64,000 nucleotides of DNA from positions 15,562,001 to 15,626,000 of the forward strand of contig NW_025964112.1 of the NCBI RefSeq assembly GCF_023055435.1. The letters run 5' to 3'. Each line of letters begins with the position of its first letter. Position 1 is the stretch's first letter. Made by a program: the position numbers and the translations under genes. The notes under the pieces are model-generated. The model did not search any database and had not been told where the DNA came from. It saw nothing but the letters and a program-made list of their open reading frames with translations. Positions 38,409 through 51,244 of the stretch are shown one piece after another. The DNA is from Haliotis rufescens (taxonomy: Eukaryota).

Positions 38409-40310
38409 GGTTACAATGTGTGACCCGAGCCTCGTTCCATACTTCATGGACATCAGTTGGTTACCAATGGCGACCTGAGCCTCGTTTCATACTTCATGGA
38501 CATCAGTTGTTTACAATGGGCGACCTGAGCCTCTTTCCACATTTTTATTGGGATCAGTTGTTGACAATGAGCGACCTAAGCCTCGTTCCACACTTCATGG
38601 ACATCAGTTGTTGACAATGAGCGACCTGAGCCTCGTTCCACATTTTTATTGGGATCAGTTGTTGACAATGAACGACCTGAGCCTCGTTCCACACTTCATG
38701 GACATCAGTTGTTTACAATGAGCGACCTGAGCCTCGTTCCACATTTTTATTGGGATCAGTTGTTGACAATGAGCGACCTGAGCCTCGTTCCACACTTCAT
38801 GGACACCAGTTGTTTACAATGGGCGACCTGAGCCTCGTTCCACATTTTTATTGGGATCAGTTGTTGACAATGGGCGACCTGAGCCTCGTTCCACATTTTT
38901 ATTGCGATCAGTTGTTGACAATGAGCGACCTGAGCCTCGTTCCACACTTCATGGACATCAGTTGTTTACAATGGGCGACCTGAGCCTCGTTCCACATTTT
39001 TATTGGGATCAGTTGTTGACCATGAGCGACCTGAGCCTCGTTCCACACTTCATGGACATCAGTTGTTTACAATAAGTGACCTGAGCCTCTTTCCACATTT
39101 TTATTGGGATCAGTTGTTGACAATGAGCGACCTGAGCCTCGTCCCACACTTCATGGACATCAGTTGTTTACAATGGGCGACCTGAGCCTCGTTCCACATT
39201 TTTATTGGGATCAGTTGGTTACAATGGGCGACCTGATCCTCGTTCCACACTTCATGGACATCAATTGTTTACCATTGGCGACCTGAGCCTCGTTCCACAC
39301 TTCATGGACATCAGTCGTTTACAATGAGCGACCTGAGCCTCGTTCCACACTTCATGGACATCAGCTGTTTACAATGGGCGACCTGAGCCTCGTTCCACAT
39401 TTTTATTGGGATCAGTTGTTGACAATGAGCGACCTGAGCCTCGTTCCACACTTCATGGACATCAGTTGTTTACAATGGGCGACCTGAGCCTCTTTCCACA
39501 TTTTTATTGGGATCAGTTGTTGACAATGAGCGACCTGAGCCTCGTTCCACACTTCATGGACATCAGTTGTTTACAATGGGCGACCTGAGCCTCGTTCCAC
39601 ATTTTTATTGGGATCAGTTGGTTACAATGGGCGACCTGAGCCTCGTTCCACACTTCATGGACATCAATTGTTTACCATTGGCGACCCGAGCCTCGTTCCA
39701 CACTTCATTGACATCAGTCGTTTACAATGAGCGACCTGAGCCTCGTTCCACACTTATATTAGGATCAGTTGTTGACAATGAGCGACCTGAGCCTCGTTCC
39801 ACACTTATATTAGGATCAGTTGGTTACAATGGGCGACCTGAGCCTCGTTCCACACTTATATTAGGATCAGTTGTTGACAATGAGCGACCTGAGCATCGTT
39901 CCACACTTTTATTAGGGTCAGTTGTTTACAATGAGCGACCTGATCCTCGTTCCACACTTCATGGACATCAGTTGTTTACAATGAGCGACCTGAGCACCGT
40001 TCCACACTTTTATTAGGATCAGTTGTTGACAATGAGCGACCTGAGCATCGTTCCACACTTTTATTAGGGTCAGTTGTTTACAATGGGCGACCTGAGCATC
40101 GTTCAGCACTTTTATTAGGATCAGTTGTTACAATGAGCGACCTGAGCATCGTTCCACACTTTTATTAGGATCAGTTGTTGACAGTGAGCGACCTGAGCAT
40201 CGTTCCACACTTATATTAGGATCAGTTGTTGACAATGAGCGACCTGAGCACCGTTCCACACTTTTATGGAGATCAGTTGGTAACAATGACCGACCCGAGC
40301 TTCGTCAGAC
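38409..40310. repeat. 50/51-bp minisatellite, about 38 units, with 101-bp higher-order alternation
   Basis: Unit a GCGACCTGAGCCTCGTTCCACACTTCATGGACATCAGTTGTTTACAATGR (50 bp); unit b ...CCACATTTTTATTGGGATCAGTTGTTGACAATGA (51 bp); variant c (CACTTWTATTAGGATC, GAGCATCG) at the right end. Confidence 0.97.
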
Positions 40311-40689
40311 ACATCGATCGATCCCACTGAGTTGTTTATACTTGTGGCAGCTTCTTGTACATTGGTCTAAGGTGCCTCTACAAGCTGCGCAGAGTTGCGT
40401 CCCTTGCTCGTCAGGATCCAACAGACGTGGGTTCGAATCAAAGATTCGCCCCGATTATGATTCAAAGTATTTCGGCACCAGTTATCGTATGTTTCATCTA
40501 CTACCTCATCAAGCCGTGATATATCTCAAATACTTTTCAAAGCGACGTCACTCGAAATCAGTATTGTTATAACTCCGCCCTGATAGGTTTTACCAAGGAA
40601 ATCTCCTTATCACGTACACTGATTACCTTAGAAATGCATGTTTCTCCGTCTGTATCAGCTCCTCTGTTTCTAAACCCATCGATGTATTA

Positions 40690-41560
40690 CCGACCCCCTC
40701 CCTCTGTCATACTCTCTGCCGTTGATCCTCCAGAAGCTGACTGTCCGTCCTCCTCATGACGATTCCTAATGTCTTCTCATTCCTCCGGACCAACCCCTGG
40801 CTCCCACCACCGCCTCGGTGACACCCACACCCACGTGGACGATAAAAATAAATGAGGAATCCTTTATATAGATGCACTTCGAACATCCTCGTCGAGGAAA
40901 GGCTTGTGAACGTCTCCAATCGACCTCACCAGGCACTCCACTCTGTCATATCCTGCCAAGTCAATCCATAACTTTAACTCCCCTCTATCCTTGCCTCTTT
41001 TCCCATAACCAGACTCTCAGCCCCCAGCTCATTGTTTTTTCCGCGGAACACCCCTCATTTCATCTGAGCTCCAATTACCACAACCGTGTACCTACTATCA
41101 CCCCTACCTCTGCTATCTTCTCCCAGAAGCCTACTCTTTAAACTTAGTGTCATTCCCATATTCCAATCGACCGACTCATTGCACCCTCTCTCAATATGTA
41201 CGTCAGTCTTATATTGCACCAAACTGCTGCTCGCATTTGCACACTATCATCCCGTTGCACCGTCTTTCTCAACGACCCCCACCTTGTTCGAATCCACCCC
41301 CATTGCCTGTCATTCCTTCCAACAATCGCACTCTTCCAAGATGTTCTTTGAGTACCTGCTTTACCGTTATCACCAAGCAAAAGACGCCACCATCCACCAA
41401 TGCCCCACCCCTACCACACGATCCATCAACATTTCTCCTCCCCAAGCCCCTACCTTCCATCAAGAACTTCTGTCACAGTTAATTGACTCATCTTCCGAAC
41501 CACACCACCTATCTGACCCCTTTCACCCCCTCCCGTAAAGTCTTCATCTACCTGTTCTAT
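40690..41560 (+). mobile_element. Highly decayed LINE fragment (AP-endonuclease region)
   Basis: C-rich strand bias; residual motifs SVILSAVDPP (~40704), LGDTHTH..N..G.L (40814) and in-frame SPIDLT (~40913), resembling APE YxPP / GDFN.H / S.IDL; many stops. Confidence 0.4.
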
Positions 41561-41799
41561 ATCCATCCCTAGATGATGATACCAAATTAATTGACTGTCA
41601 TTTCTTGCACGTAGCGCTCTGCCTGAATGACAACATAACTAAGTGATTATTTCATCATGCGATCCCAACCTTTGAATGCACCTAGTCGAGTGACACGGGG
41701 ATGCAGAGTGGGCAAAAAGTTCACCCAGATAGCATGAATATGTCAGTTAATGACAGCTACCTTGCCGTCTCTCAGAGATGATGTTCACAATTTCTGTCA

Positions 41800-43040
41800 A
41801 ACTTCGATTCCTATTGTGCTAACGTCGACCCCTCGCTTCTCAGTCCGTCTTACGGCGGTTGGCAAACCACTAGCAAATCAATCTCGCATTCATGCACTGC
41901 CGCTAATGCCATGCTGCAGCATTCGATTATACTTACAAGTAATGTTCGCCTAAATGGTTGTCATTGATTTTGGTTTTCTCATTCTGGGAGCTGCTGCCTT
42001 CATTTGCGGCCGTGTTTTCCTTTATGTAACCGTTTTGTCTGATCAATGGAACTGCATTGTTGGCTAAGAGGAAGGCCGTATTTCAATGAGCTGATGGCGA
42101 GTTCTCGGGCCACTCAACCGAGGCAATCCCACATCGATATTCGCAGAATAGTTTTTCGAATTGACGGTATATTTACCCAGTGCCTTGAAATTCAACAGAA
42201 TACTTTTACACTGAATCCATGGAACGGCGGACACTAAAATCTGCAAACATCACCGATAGACAGTGTGCGTTTTGAGGACGCGGAGATCGTACCAGAGTTT
42301 GCCAAGTAATAAACTGCCTAGGCATGATATGTTTGTGAAGGTTGAGAGCCGATAGCTATACAACGCTGTATTTACATTCTTTCGGTTACATAGAGGATTG
42401 AGATTCAATCGTCCATCTATTCAGCCGCGATGGTGGGGAATAGTGTTGTATTGAGATGCCATGTCGGTTGAATTCTTGCCGACTAAGAAGCACTTTAGGA
42501 ATGGTTAATCCTGACGGTCACTGAAGTACTATCCGGTCGCTGTTATTATTTCTTTCGGAGTATGATTATGTCATTTCTATGGTAATCGATAAGTCAGGAA
42601 TAGTAGCTTCATCGAGTAAATTAGTACAAATATCCCGACCTTATATTCCCATGGGCCTTAAGTACAGGCATAATGGCGTTTGCTTGCTGGTCATTAATAG
42701 TATTAAACAGCATGGAGCACGAAGGATGGTTGTATTTAGGACTATTTTAAAATACATTTAGAAATGCCAGGACACGAAATGGAGGGCTCGACTGCTTGGT
42801 GTTGCATGTTATTTCTATTAGACGTTGTACATACAGTTGATTCTAGATATTACGATTCAGAGATTGTCAGAGGCTGTCGCCATGTTCAGTTGTCCGTGTG
42901 ATGAAGTACGTGAATGGAACTGGAGACGTCGTTTGTTTTGTAACCAGGAGTTGTTGGAACTGTTTTTGTAGAATCTCGTGGTATTCCCCGTGGAGCGCGG
43001 TCTATGTTAACTGCATGGGTTAGTCATTGTCTTCAGCATT
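41800..43040 (-). mobile_element. Highly decayed LINE fragment (possibly I/Nimb clade RNase H region)
   Basis: Minus-strand ATGTGG...GAACTCGCC-ATCAGCTC (42088-42104) resembles W......GNELADQL with a 1-nt deletion; otherwise only composition supports it. Confidence 0.3.
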
Positions 43041-43048
43041 CATCACGC

Positions 43049-43049
43049 T

Positions 43050-43115
<66 letters not shown>
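43049..43115. repeat. (GA)n microsatellite
   Basis: Direct reading. Confidence 0.95.
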
Positions 43116-43118
<3 letters not shown>

Positions 43119-43176
43119 TTTTCTTTGTTATTATTTAGGACATAACATTGCGGGGAACATTGGGTTTCACATAGTA

Positions 43177-43336
43177 TGTGAGTGAATGAGTGAGTGAGTA
43201 TGAATTTACGCCGCATTTAGCAATATTCCAGCAATATCCAGGAAATGGGCTTCACACATTGCACATTGTACCTATGTGAGGAACTGTACTCGGGCCTTCG
43301 GCGTCACAATCCAACGATTCAACCAAAATACCACCA
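43177..43336 (-). mobile_element. Family B SINE, diverged
   Basis: (GTGA)n, TTTACGCCGC..TTAGCAATATTCCAGCAATATC, GGGCTTCACACATTG. Confidence 0.8.
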
Positions 43337-43472
43337 TCTCACACACCAAATACGAACAGAATTACAAGAGAAACTCGATGTGACAGAAGTACATGCCTTA
43401 TAGCTCCATACTGATATTTCGTTCTCTCGAAGTCCTCCGTAGTAGTGCGTAAGTGTGCAAAACGTCTAAAAT

Positions 43473-43735
43473 TGAGTGAGTCGCTTTTAACAGTATTCCA
43501 GTTATATCGCGGCGTGTCAGCTTAATGTGGGAGGAAAGCCCCAGGTGATTCAAGTCTTAGATGTTTACCACTTCGGTGAAACCCACGAGCACGGGTATGG
43601 TGCTGACAAACCTAGAAACATAATCGTGGCGAACCGGGATTCGAACCCACAATCATAGGTTTCTAGCGTGCCCAAGGGACGCATCTCTGCACAGCGAATC
43701 GCGGCGCCTTAGACGACTAGGCCACCCGTGCCCCC
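43473..43735 (-). mobile_element. Family C SINE
   Basis: Full head; 14-bp TSD CAAAACGTCT(A/G)AAA. Confidence 0.92.
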
Positions 43736-44130
43736 CAAAACGTCTGAAAAGATATATCGGGTTTAAAAGCGTTTGAATATTAGAGGTGTCACTCTGGCCA
43801 CGGCTGCAATCCCGTATTGAGCGGACAGGGAGTGGTCACGGGTGCAGGGGCACTGGGCGAACCTTCTGAAATCGTTTAGGATTAGAACTTACCCACCAGG
43901 GCATTTTGTAGCTATTCAGTAAATTTCTCAGAACGTATCTTGTTAACCATCTAAATCTCAATTAGTGCTCCTCCCTTCTCGTGTTACCCCTGGCCCATAT
44001 AGCCAGCGGGGTTAATGCAGATCAACAAGGGTTAAACCTAGGTCTTCGGAAAAACTGCTTGGTCACCCTATTTTAATGAGGTGGGATTGGGGTGAGAGCC
44101 GTCCCAGATACTCGACAATATTGAGTATAC

Positions 44131-44496
44131 ATTAGACTAGCATCTAGTCTTTGAAATGAATCATTTTACAGAAAAAAAAATTGTTAAATTATTTAATGAA
44201 ATATAAAAAAAATAAGGCCCCCCCCATACTTTCTTTATTTTCAGAAACTGCCGTAATCTAGACTTGCCAACGTTAATAGACTTACATTGGATGTACAGTA
44301 AAGTACGGTTATAACAAACTCAAAGGGACTACTAATTTTAGTTCGTTATAACCGTAGTTCGTTATAAGCATATATACAGCATAACTACAGCGAATAGTCG
44401 GGACCAAAAAAGTAAGTTCGTTATATCCGTCAGTTCGTTATAAGCGTATTCGTTATAACCGTAGTTTACTGTATTGGATATTTGTTTCAGGGTCTA
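44131..44496 (-). mobile_element. Unclassified ~200-bp element (family G) interrupted by MITE F
   Basis: Reverse-complement homologue of 54579-54778; terminal hairpin AGACTAGATNNTAGTCTA. Confidence 0.6.
44296..44471. mobile_element. Tigger/pogo-type MITE (family F)
   Basis: TA|CAGTAAA.TACGGTTATAAC...GTTATAACCGTAGTTTACTG|TA; internal GTTCGTTATA repeats; near-identical copy at 57310-57486. Confidence 0.9.
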
Positions 44497-46301
44497 TATG
44501 AGTACTGTAGGCATATATCTGGGCCCGTATGAGTGCAGAAATTGCTGATAGGCCCCCATGCGTAAATCGTCGGTCACTCACAGTGAAGCACATTTGGTTA
44601 TCCCGAGGAACGTTCATGCCACTCCTTCCTCGTATTACCGGTTGTCTCGAAGTTTAAGGATATATAAGGAGCAAGGTGTAATTCAAGGTCAAGGTTGGAA
44701 TCTCAGTGACATGTACCAGCTTAATAATAATATTCAAGTAAGAGAATATTTAAACCTTAAACTACTTTTTTCAAGAACATCGTACAATCACATGATGCAT
44801 GGATTGAAAGTTTTATTCATCGAATCAATTATTTTAAATCTAAGCCGGAACCGATGATAGATAAAACAATAAAACCAGAATCATGGGTTAGGTGTCGGAC
44901 AACCAAATATAATCTGTTTTCAGATGAACAATTGACTTGCCTTTGCATGTATTTGTGACGGATGACAGGATATGCTCACCTTTTCGCGGATACCTCGTAT
45001 GATCACTATTTGATAGTGATTCATGCTTGTGATTTTGTGATTCACAAACGCATGCTCAAGATCTAGTCGGAATCGTACAATGGAAGAGATTTCTTATTTT
45101 TGTCGCTATTTATTTAAGGAACAACTACATGACCTAGGATTTAAATAAGAAACAACGAATTGTTACCGCGGTTTAGATTAAAAAATGCATTACAGTTATT
45201 ACCTGTTTATGTTTTTCATGGATGTTCAATATTTGTTTAACTGTCCATTGTGGGGATCTATTTAATTCCTGCGGCAGTTTTTGTCATCGCGTGCACGTTG
45301 CGAGATATCCCGTGATGCTAGACTCCCATCACTGCCACAACGTGATATTATCGCCCAGTCGCCACCAGTTTGTACCCCCGATTGGCTGCCACAGCGTTAT
45401 AGAGAGAGTATTAGCACACAATGTGTCCTATCTAGTTTGTTAGAGAGGATAGAGCTGATTTTATGTACCCCGTGACCTATGAAATAAGTCTAACGAGCAT
45501 CTATCACGAACGGTGTCGTTTGTCTCAGCAGTGCATCTACATACAGAAAATTCACCTATTCACGAAATCCTAATATCATTCTCTCTGAAAATCCGTCGAT
45601 TCGGTAAAATCACTCCGAGTGGACGTTAGGTATGTTGTCGACCGCTGGTTCAAGCATGTCCACTTGGACACGCACGCTACCGCTAAACCGATATTGACAT
45701 GCCTCTTCGGCCGATGGAGTAGGAATAACGGTTACCTCCCTTTGACAATCACCGATAGACAACATACTGAACACACGAGTCTTTCATTTCAGATTGTTTG
45801 GAGAAATAGACGTGGAGGTAGATGACTAGATGTCTGGCAAAAGGTGATCAACGATAGACTTACAGTGTAGAATTAAATCGGTGAGTATCTATTTGCGTTA
45901 TTTCATGTTTATATATCTTTGTAACAAATGAATAATTGTTTAAATTTGAACTTTGTGATGGTGTGTCCCCAAACCTGGCAGCAGGACTTTTCCAATTGGT
46001 TCTCCCCATACGTATGGTTTTTGGGATCCATTAAAGAAAATTCAATTCTGTGAACGACACAATTTCGTCTCCGATTGATAAGTATATACATTCTAAGGTA
46101 TGTCTATATACTAAGCGACTCCACACAAGCTAATGCACCTGTAGAAAAAGCAGATTTGAAGAACGGTGATTGAAAGCATCTTCCACTCGCCGTCCCATCA
46201 AATGGAACTATGTCACTTGATATTGATTAGATTGTTGAGGCCACTGGATATCTTCCCATTTAGAATTCTTGTCGTTTGTTTGAATGATGTAATCAACTTA
46301 C

Positions 46302-46373
46302 CTGGATTGGAGCAAGTTCGGCTTAGCCATGAGGTCAGAAAGGGAGGTCAGTGTGTTGATAAGTGCTGTTGTG
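46302..46373 (-). other. Candidate 72-nt exon
   Basis: Donor CAG|GTAAGT, weak acceptor CATCTTTAG|; open frame TTALINTLTSLSDLMAKPNLLQS. Confidence 0.2.
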
Positions 46374-46385
46374 CTAAAGATGGTG

Positions 46386-46807
46386 TTTTTGTTTGTTTGT
46401 TTGTTGTTTAACGCCGCACTCAGCAATATTCCAGCTTATGACGGCGGTCTGTAAATAGTCGAGTCTGGACCAGACAATCCAGTGACTGATATCATCGATC
46501 CACGCAATTGGGATACGATGACATGCAGCAACCAAGTCAGCGAGCCTGACCACCCGATCCCGTTAGTTTCCTCTTACATTAAAACATTTGTTCGTCACTC
46601 CGAAGGCCCGGCTCTGATTCCCTACATGGGTAAAATGTGTAAAATGTGTGATGTCCTCCACTGTGATATTGCTGGAATGTTGCTAAAAGTGGCACAAAAC
46701 AATATTCATTCACACTCTTTATAGTTATGAGTTATAGAATATTGAAAATGTGTTTACGGCAAGCTTTGGTTGCTGAAGACCTATTCTCTACCCGGATCCT
46801 CACGGGT
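46386..46807 (-). mobile_element. Family A copy interrupted by a decayed family B copy (~46578-46720, + strand)
   Basis: A sequence stops at CCTCTTAC and resumes TTACGGCAAGC...CCTCACGGG; B motifs lie between. Confidence 0.8.
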
Positions 46808-47189
46808 ATATTAATGATGTATGGAGGCTGAATGATGTAGAGATGAAATAACCTATTTTGGGAGAGGGTTTTTGTATGGTGGTGTAGATGATGTAGAGAC
46901 GAGATAACCTATTTTTAGAGAAGTTTGCAAAAAAAGTTGTGATAACTTGTTCAAAATCCATTTTAATAATGAAATGTGTTTAAACACAAATAATATAGGA
47001 ATTTAGAATATGGCCTGTGCTTTGTATGAAATGACGACGATGATGATGGTACAGTTTTAGTTTCATCTTTGTATCTCATTATGGTAATAATGATGATAAA
47101 TATTGATAAACATGATGTAATATGTCATCCTTTTCTCGTACAATAGCACTGATGATGATTGTGATGAAATAGTTGTATTTGGCATAATG

Positions 47190-47280
47190 TTAATGATGAT
47201 AACGTTGATAGTGATGATAATGTTGACGATGACGATGACGACGACGACGACGATGGTGATGATGATGGTGAGGTTGATAA
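47190..47280. repeat. (GAT/GAC)n imperfect microsatellite
   Basis: Direct reading; explains the poly-Ser ORF 47125..47439. Confidence 0.85.
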
Positions 47281-50200
47281 TGCCTTGAATAAAGCTATCG
47301 TGGGAGAGGGAATGTCAGCAGAGATCCTATATACAATACGGTCCACAAATGTTCGCAGTGCCCATGGCTTGTAAAACGAATCGTTATGAATCATATATTC
47401 AATATGATTATTCACCATAATCATTGTCTGTTGGAGCAATGTATATCTTTTCAGCTATTGGGAAATCACCTATTCAGATTGGTTATTTGTTTAATTAAGA
47501 AGTTTTAATATTTTACTTTACATTTGTTAAAACATCTTTCCATGTTTCTGGAAGCAAGTTAGTCGACTTTGTGAGTGTAATGCATGAATGACGAGGTGTG
47601 TCAGATTAAGAGACTTATCGCTAACCGAACCGAATATGAGCTATTGATACTTATTAAAAGAATTTTTAAATGTTGACCATGTTCATATGGCATCGCCCTG
47701 GCAGTACGTAAATATGAACTTTTTATATTTTTCCATAAGGAACATTTACCATGGTTAGTCTGTTAGATGATCATGACACTGTCGTGTCAAACTGAACTGT
47801 CAGTCAAATATGTAACGTACATAATATGCCCCTCCCACAGTTGTCTGCGCTGTCACTCACACCTAAAGGATATGGTGCTATAAATAGGTAATTTAGTAGT
47901 TATAAAGCTGATAAAAAAACATGTATTTTAGTCGGACATCTTGCAAATTTTAGAGTATGATTGAAATGGGAAGTAGTTTTGGAAACACTACACCCCGTTT
48001 GATATAAGCGGACTATTATTGCTAGTTGCTAAGTAACCTGTGCGTGAATCATGACGTCATCGTGAAGGAAGTTCCAAATGAAAGAGACTTTCTTTTGATG
48101 CGAAAGGTTTCGAAAAACTATCAAGATTTTTGTTGTGATCGATTTTTCATGACTTCATCTGGAAATATAAAATAAAGCAATTTGTAAGTTATTTTTTCTT
48201 ATTCGGGTCCTCGATTCTATTGAACTTGTGACTAATTGGTGAAATTAATAAATTTGGGGCTCGCGTTATGGGAATTATACGCCTGGGTTGACCGGGGTAT
48301 GTTTTCTGGAGCTAATGAAATGTTCAAATAGTCTTTAGGTTTGATATTTTGCTGTTTGGGCTCTTTGTACTTCGAGATTCAAAGCTCGGGATTAAAAGGA
48401 TACTGACTGCTGTGTGAAGTGGCAGGGACGATTAAAAGGGCGTATCCATGCGTGTTTTGAGAACAAATTACTTTTATTTATTACGTTTATTACTTAAGAT
48501 GGCAATTTGAAAAAAAATGTTATATCGTAGAATTCGAAAGAAACTATGATTTTTCTTTTAAGATACGTTTGCCATGAAAACATCTTACATAAATGAAACA
48601 GTCTGCCGACCGCAAGTATAACACGTGTCTGCCGTATTGATGAAATTATTGCCACTCGTTAAAACTTCAAAACATATTCAATAATGACAATGAATAACTA
48701 TGCATTCGGGTGAATAAGTTATTCTTGCGTTGTATTACTGATTTTTGATGACAACCTCAAGTCATTCACTATTGTATAAAACGTCTCCTTGAATACAAAG
48801 CTCCTTGTCTTTGTGATCATTCTCTACACTTTGAAATTAAAGTGCTTGTTTTGTCGGTTGTAAACGGCCTAATTGTTCTTAACAGAACATTCGGTGGGAT
48901 ACCCGCAGTGACACTTAAAAACACGCTGACACTTTTTCAATTAGTCTCAGGGGTAAATTTTGTATAACCCACCTGCATATTGGAGCATAAATGGTGATGT
49001 GAAGTAATCCGGTTGAAAGATTGCATGTTGTCTGCATTCAGTGGCTCTTAATACGGACGAATGTACACGTTGCCAATAGACAGAACACTGCATTAAAGTG
49101 ATTTACGGAAGTTATTAAGAGAACTCACGTGTCACACAGTCGTCCAGGTAAGCACGCGGCTCTTTCATGCGCGCGCATACACACCGGCAGACGACCGGCC
49201 ACGCGCTACTTGGTAAAAGGAGAAATACTTAGTACTCCGAAGATGTCTGGTGATAAAAAGTTTTCAAAGTTTTCAAAGCGACTAAAATCTTGTATCCGCC
49301 CATTAAATAGGCTTTGGAGAATTCGAGATGTGTATACATTCTAATTCAGCTGGCATCTCGTTAGGTCCGCACTCCACGTGAATAGCTTACATTTCCCGCC
49401 ATTAGGGCAAAGCAGACGAGATTGGATAGACAGGATTGGAAGTAAGTTGGATGGTTTCCATTGTGTTCCCCCTCACCCCTCTCCCCTCCACCATTCCCCC
49501 TACCCTCAGGCGGGCTCCTGCCTCTAGGGTGCTTGAAGCTCGATCGGAGACGGTGGGGAAGTCATGAGACAGAAAAGTTGCCATTGGAAAGGTTTCTCCG
49601 TGCTTCTTTAGGAAAAAATAATGCTTGTTTGGTACATTTTTTTACATCGGGGATGAAAGTTGTAATTATGACCGTCGAATATGCCTGCAGCTCGTTGACT
49701 GCTTTAATTAGATCCTTGCCGTGGCAGGGACGTCGTGGTTGCCGGCCACAGCGTGATAAGTTTGGTTTGAGCAATATTTGCGCGATATTAGGTTGTTATT
49801 TTGTCCGCCTCTGGCTATTCCAGACACTGTCTCCGCCTTCTTTTCAATAACTCTCTCTCACTTGTCAATCAACACAGGTAGTTTTTCCTGCACCCCTAGC
49901 TTATTTAGATAATTTCGCCATCAGTCTACACAGATGAGCGTTTTGGTGGAGACGTTTAAATCGTTCAAGAGTTAAGTCCCCTTGTGAGGGGAAGGTGAAG
50001 GCCGGCAACTTTAAACTAATTGAATCAATTTTACTTGTTTTATTGTCTTTTATCTACATGACATTGTTGTGAAAACGATCCAAAATTAAATTGGGAAATG
50101 TAGAGGTTCGTAAGCGCACCCAAAATATGTTTAAGTTAAACTTGTGGAAACTCTTCGAAAAACGTGACTTAAATGACTAGTATTCTTTTCGGTTGATTAA

Positions 50201-50970
50201 ATAAAGTCTTGAAACAGATGTAACACACGCATTCTCTCTCTCTCTCTCTCTTACTCTCTCTCTCTCTCTCTTTCGTATCAGTGGTGGTATCTCTCCCTCT
50301 CTCTCGTCCAGACAAATCTCTCCCTCGTGTCACCTTCACCTGTGATCCACGAACGAGCGACGACTAATTAAAGGCGATGTCTGACGCCGTCAGATCTCGG
50401 GTGTTGTCGGTCCCAGTCGGTCGCGGTCGGTAGTATTCGCTGAGGAATGCCTGAACAAACGCTCGTCCATCTTTGATCTCAGCTATTTCATTAAAAATTA
50501 TACCATACCACGCCTGAATCAAAGGCAGTCGTCATGTGTGTGTCACCATAGCTCCGTAATTGATTTAATATTTTCTGGATATTTTGATTTTGAGGTGTTT
50601 TATTTTGTCACTTTGAATCTTGTTCCCTAGATTCGAGACCCACCGAGAGTGACAAGATATCAGAACAAATCACATCAGGCCTCTCTTTGATTTACAAGAA
50701 CGCGCGGCTGGAAATGTCACAAATAGGATTGCGTTTGTTACTACGGTGATTAAGATAGAATATACGTACATATGTACCTTGAAAGACTGTAGGGATAATA
50801 GTTTATGCTTTCATATGCGAATGAAATCACATTTTGTATCTGTATATGTTACTCAAAAGAAGTTAAAGATCACACGATTAACTATAGCCATTTGACAGAA
50901 TCTGGTGTTCTACCTTCTTTTGAGTAGTATATTTGTCATCATGCGAAAGATTGGACTATGGCGCTCTTTT

Positions 50971-51244
50971 TGGTGGCCCAGTCGTCTAAGGCGCCACGAT
51001 TCGCTGTGCAGAGTCGCGTCCCTTGGGCACGCCAGAAACCTATGATTGTGGGTTCGAATCCCGGTTCGCCCCGATTATGTTTCTAGGTTTGTCAGCACCA
51101 TACCCGTGCTCGTGGGTTTCACCGAAGTGGTAAACGTCTAAGACCTGCATCACTTCGGACTTTCCTCCCACATTAAGCTGACACGCCGCGATATAACTGG
51201 AATACTGTTAAAAGCGGCGTTAAACCCAACTCACTCACTCACTC
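50971..51244 (+). mobile_element. Family C SINE, near consensus
   Basis: GGTGGCCCAGTCGTCTAAGGCGCC...GTGGGTTCGAATCCC...AAAAGCGGCGTTAAACCCAACTCACTCACTC. Confidence 0.93.

Noticed and set aside
38409-40310. CRISPR array or repetitive protein gene
   Set aside because: Variable parts are a few recurring variants, there are no cas genes and the context is eukaryotic; 50/51-bp alternation shifts frames and introduces stops.
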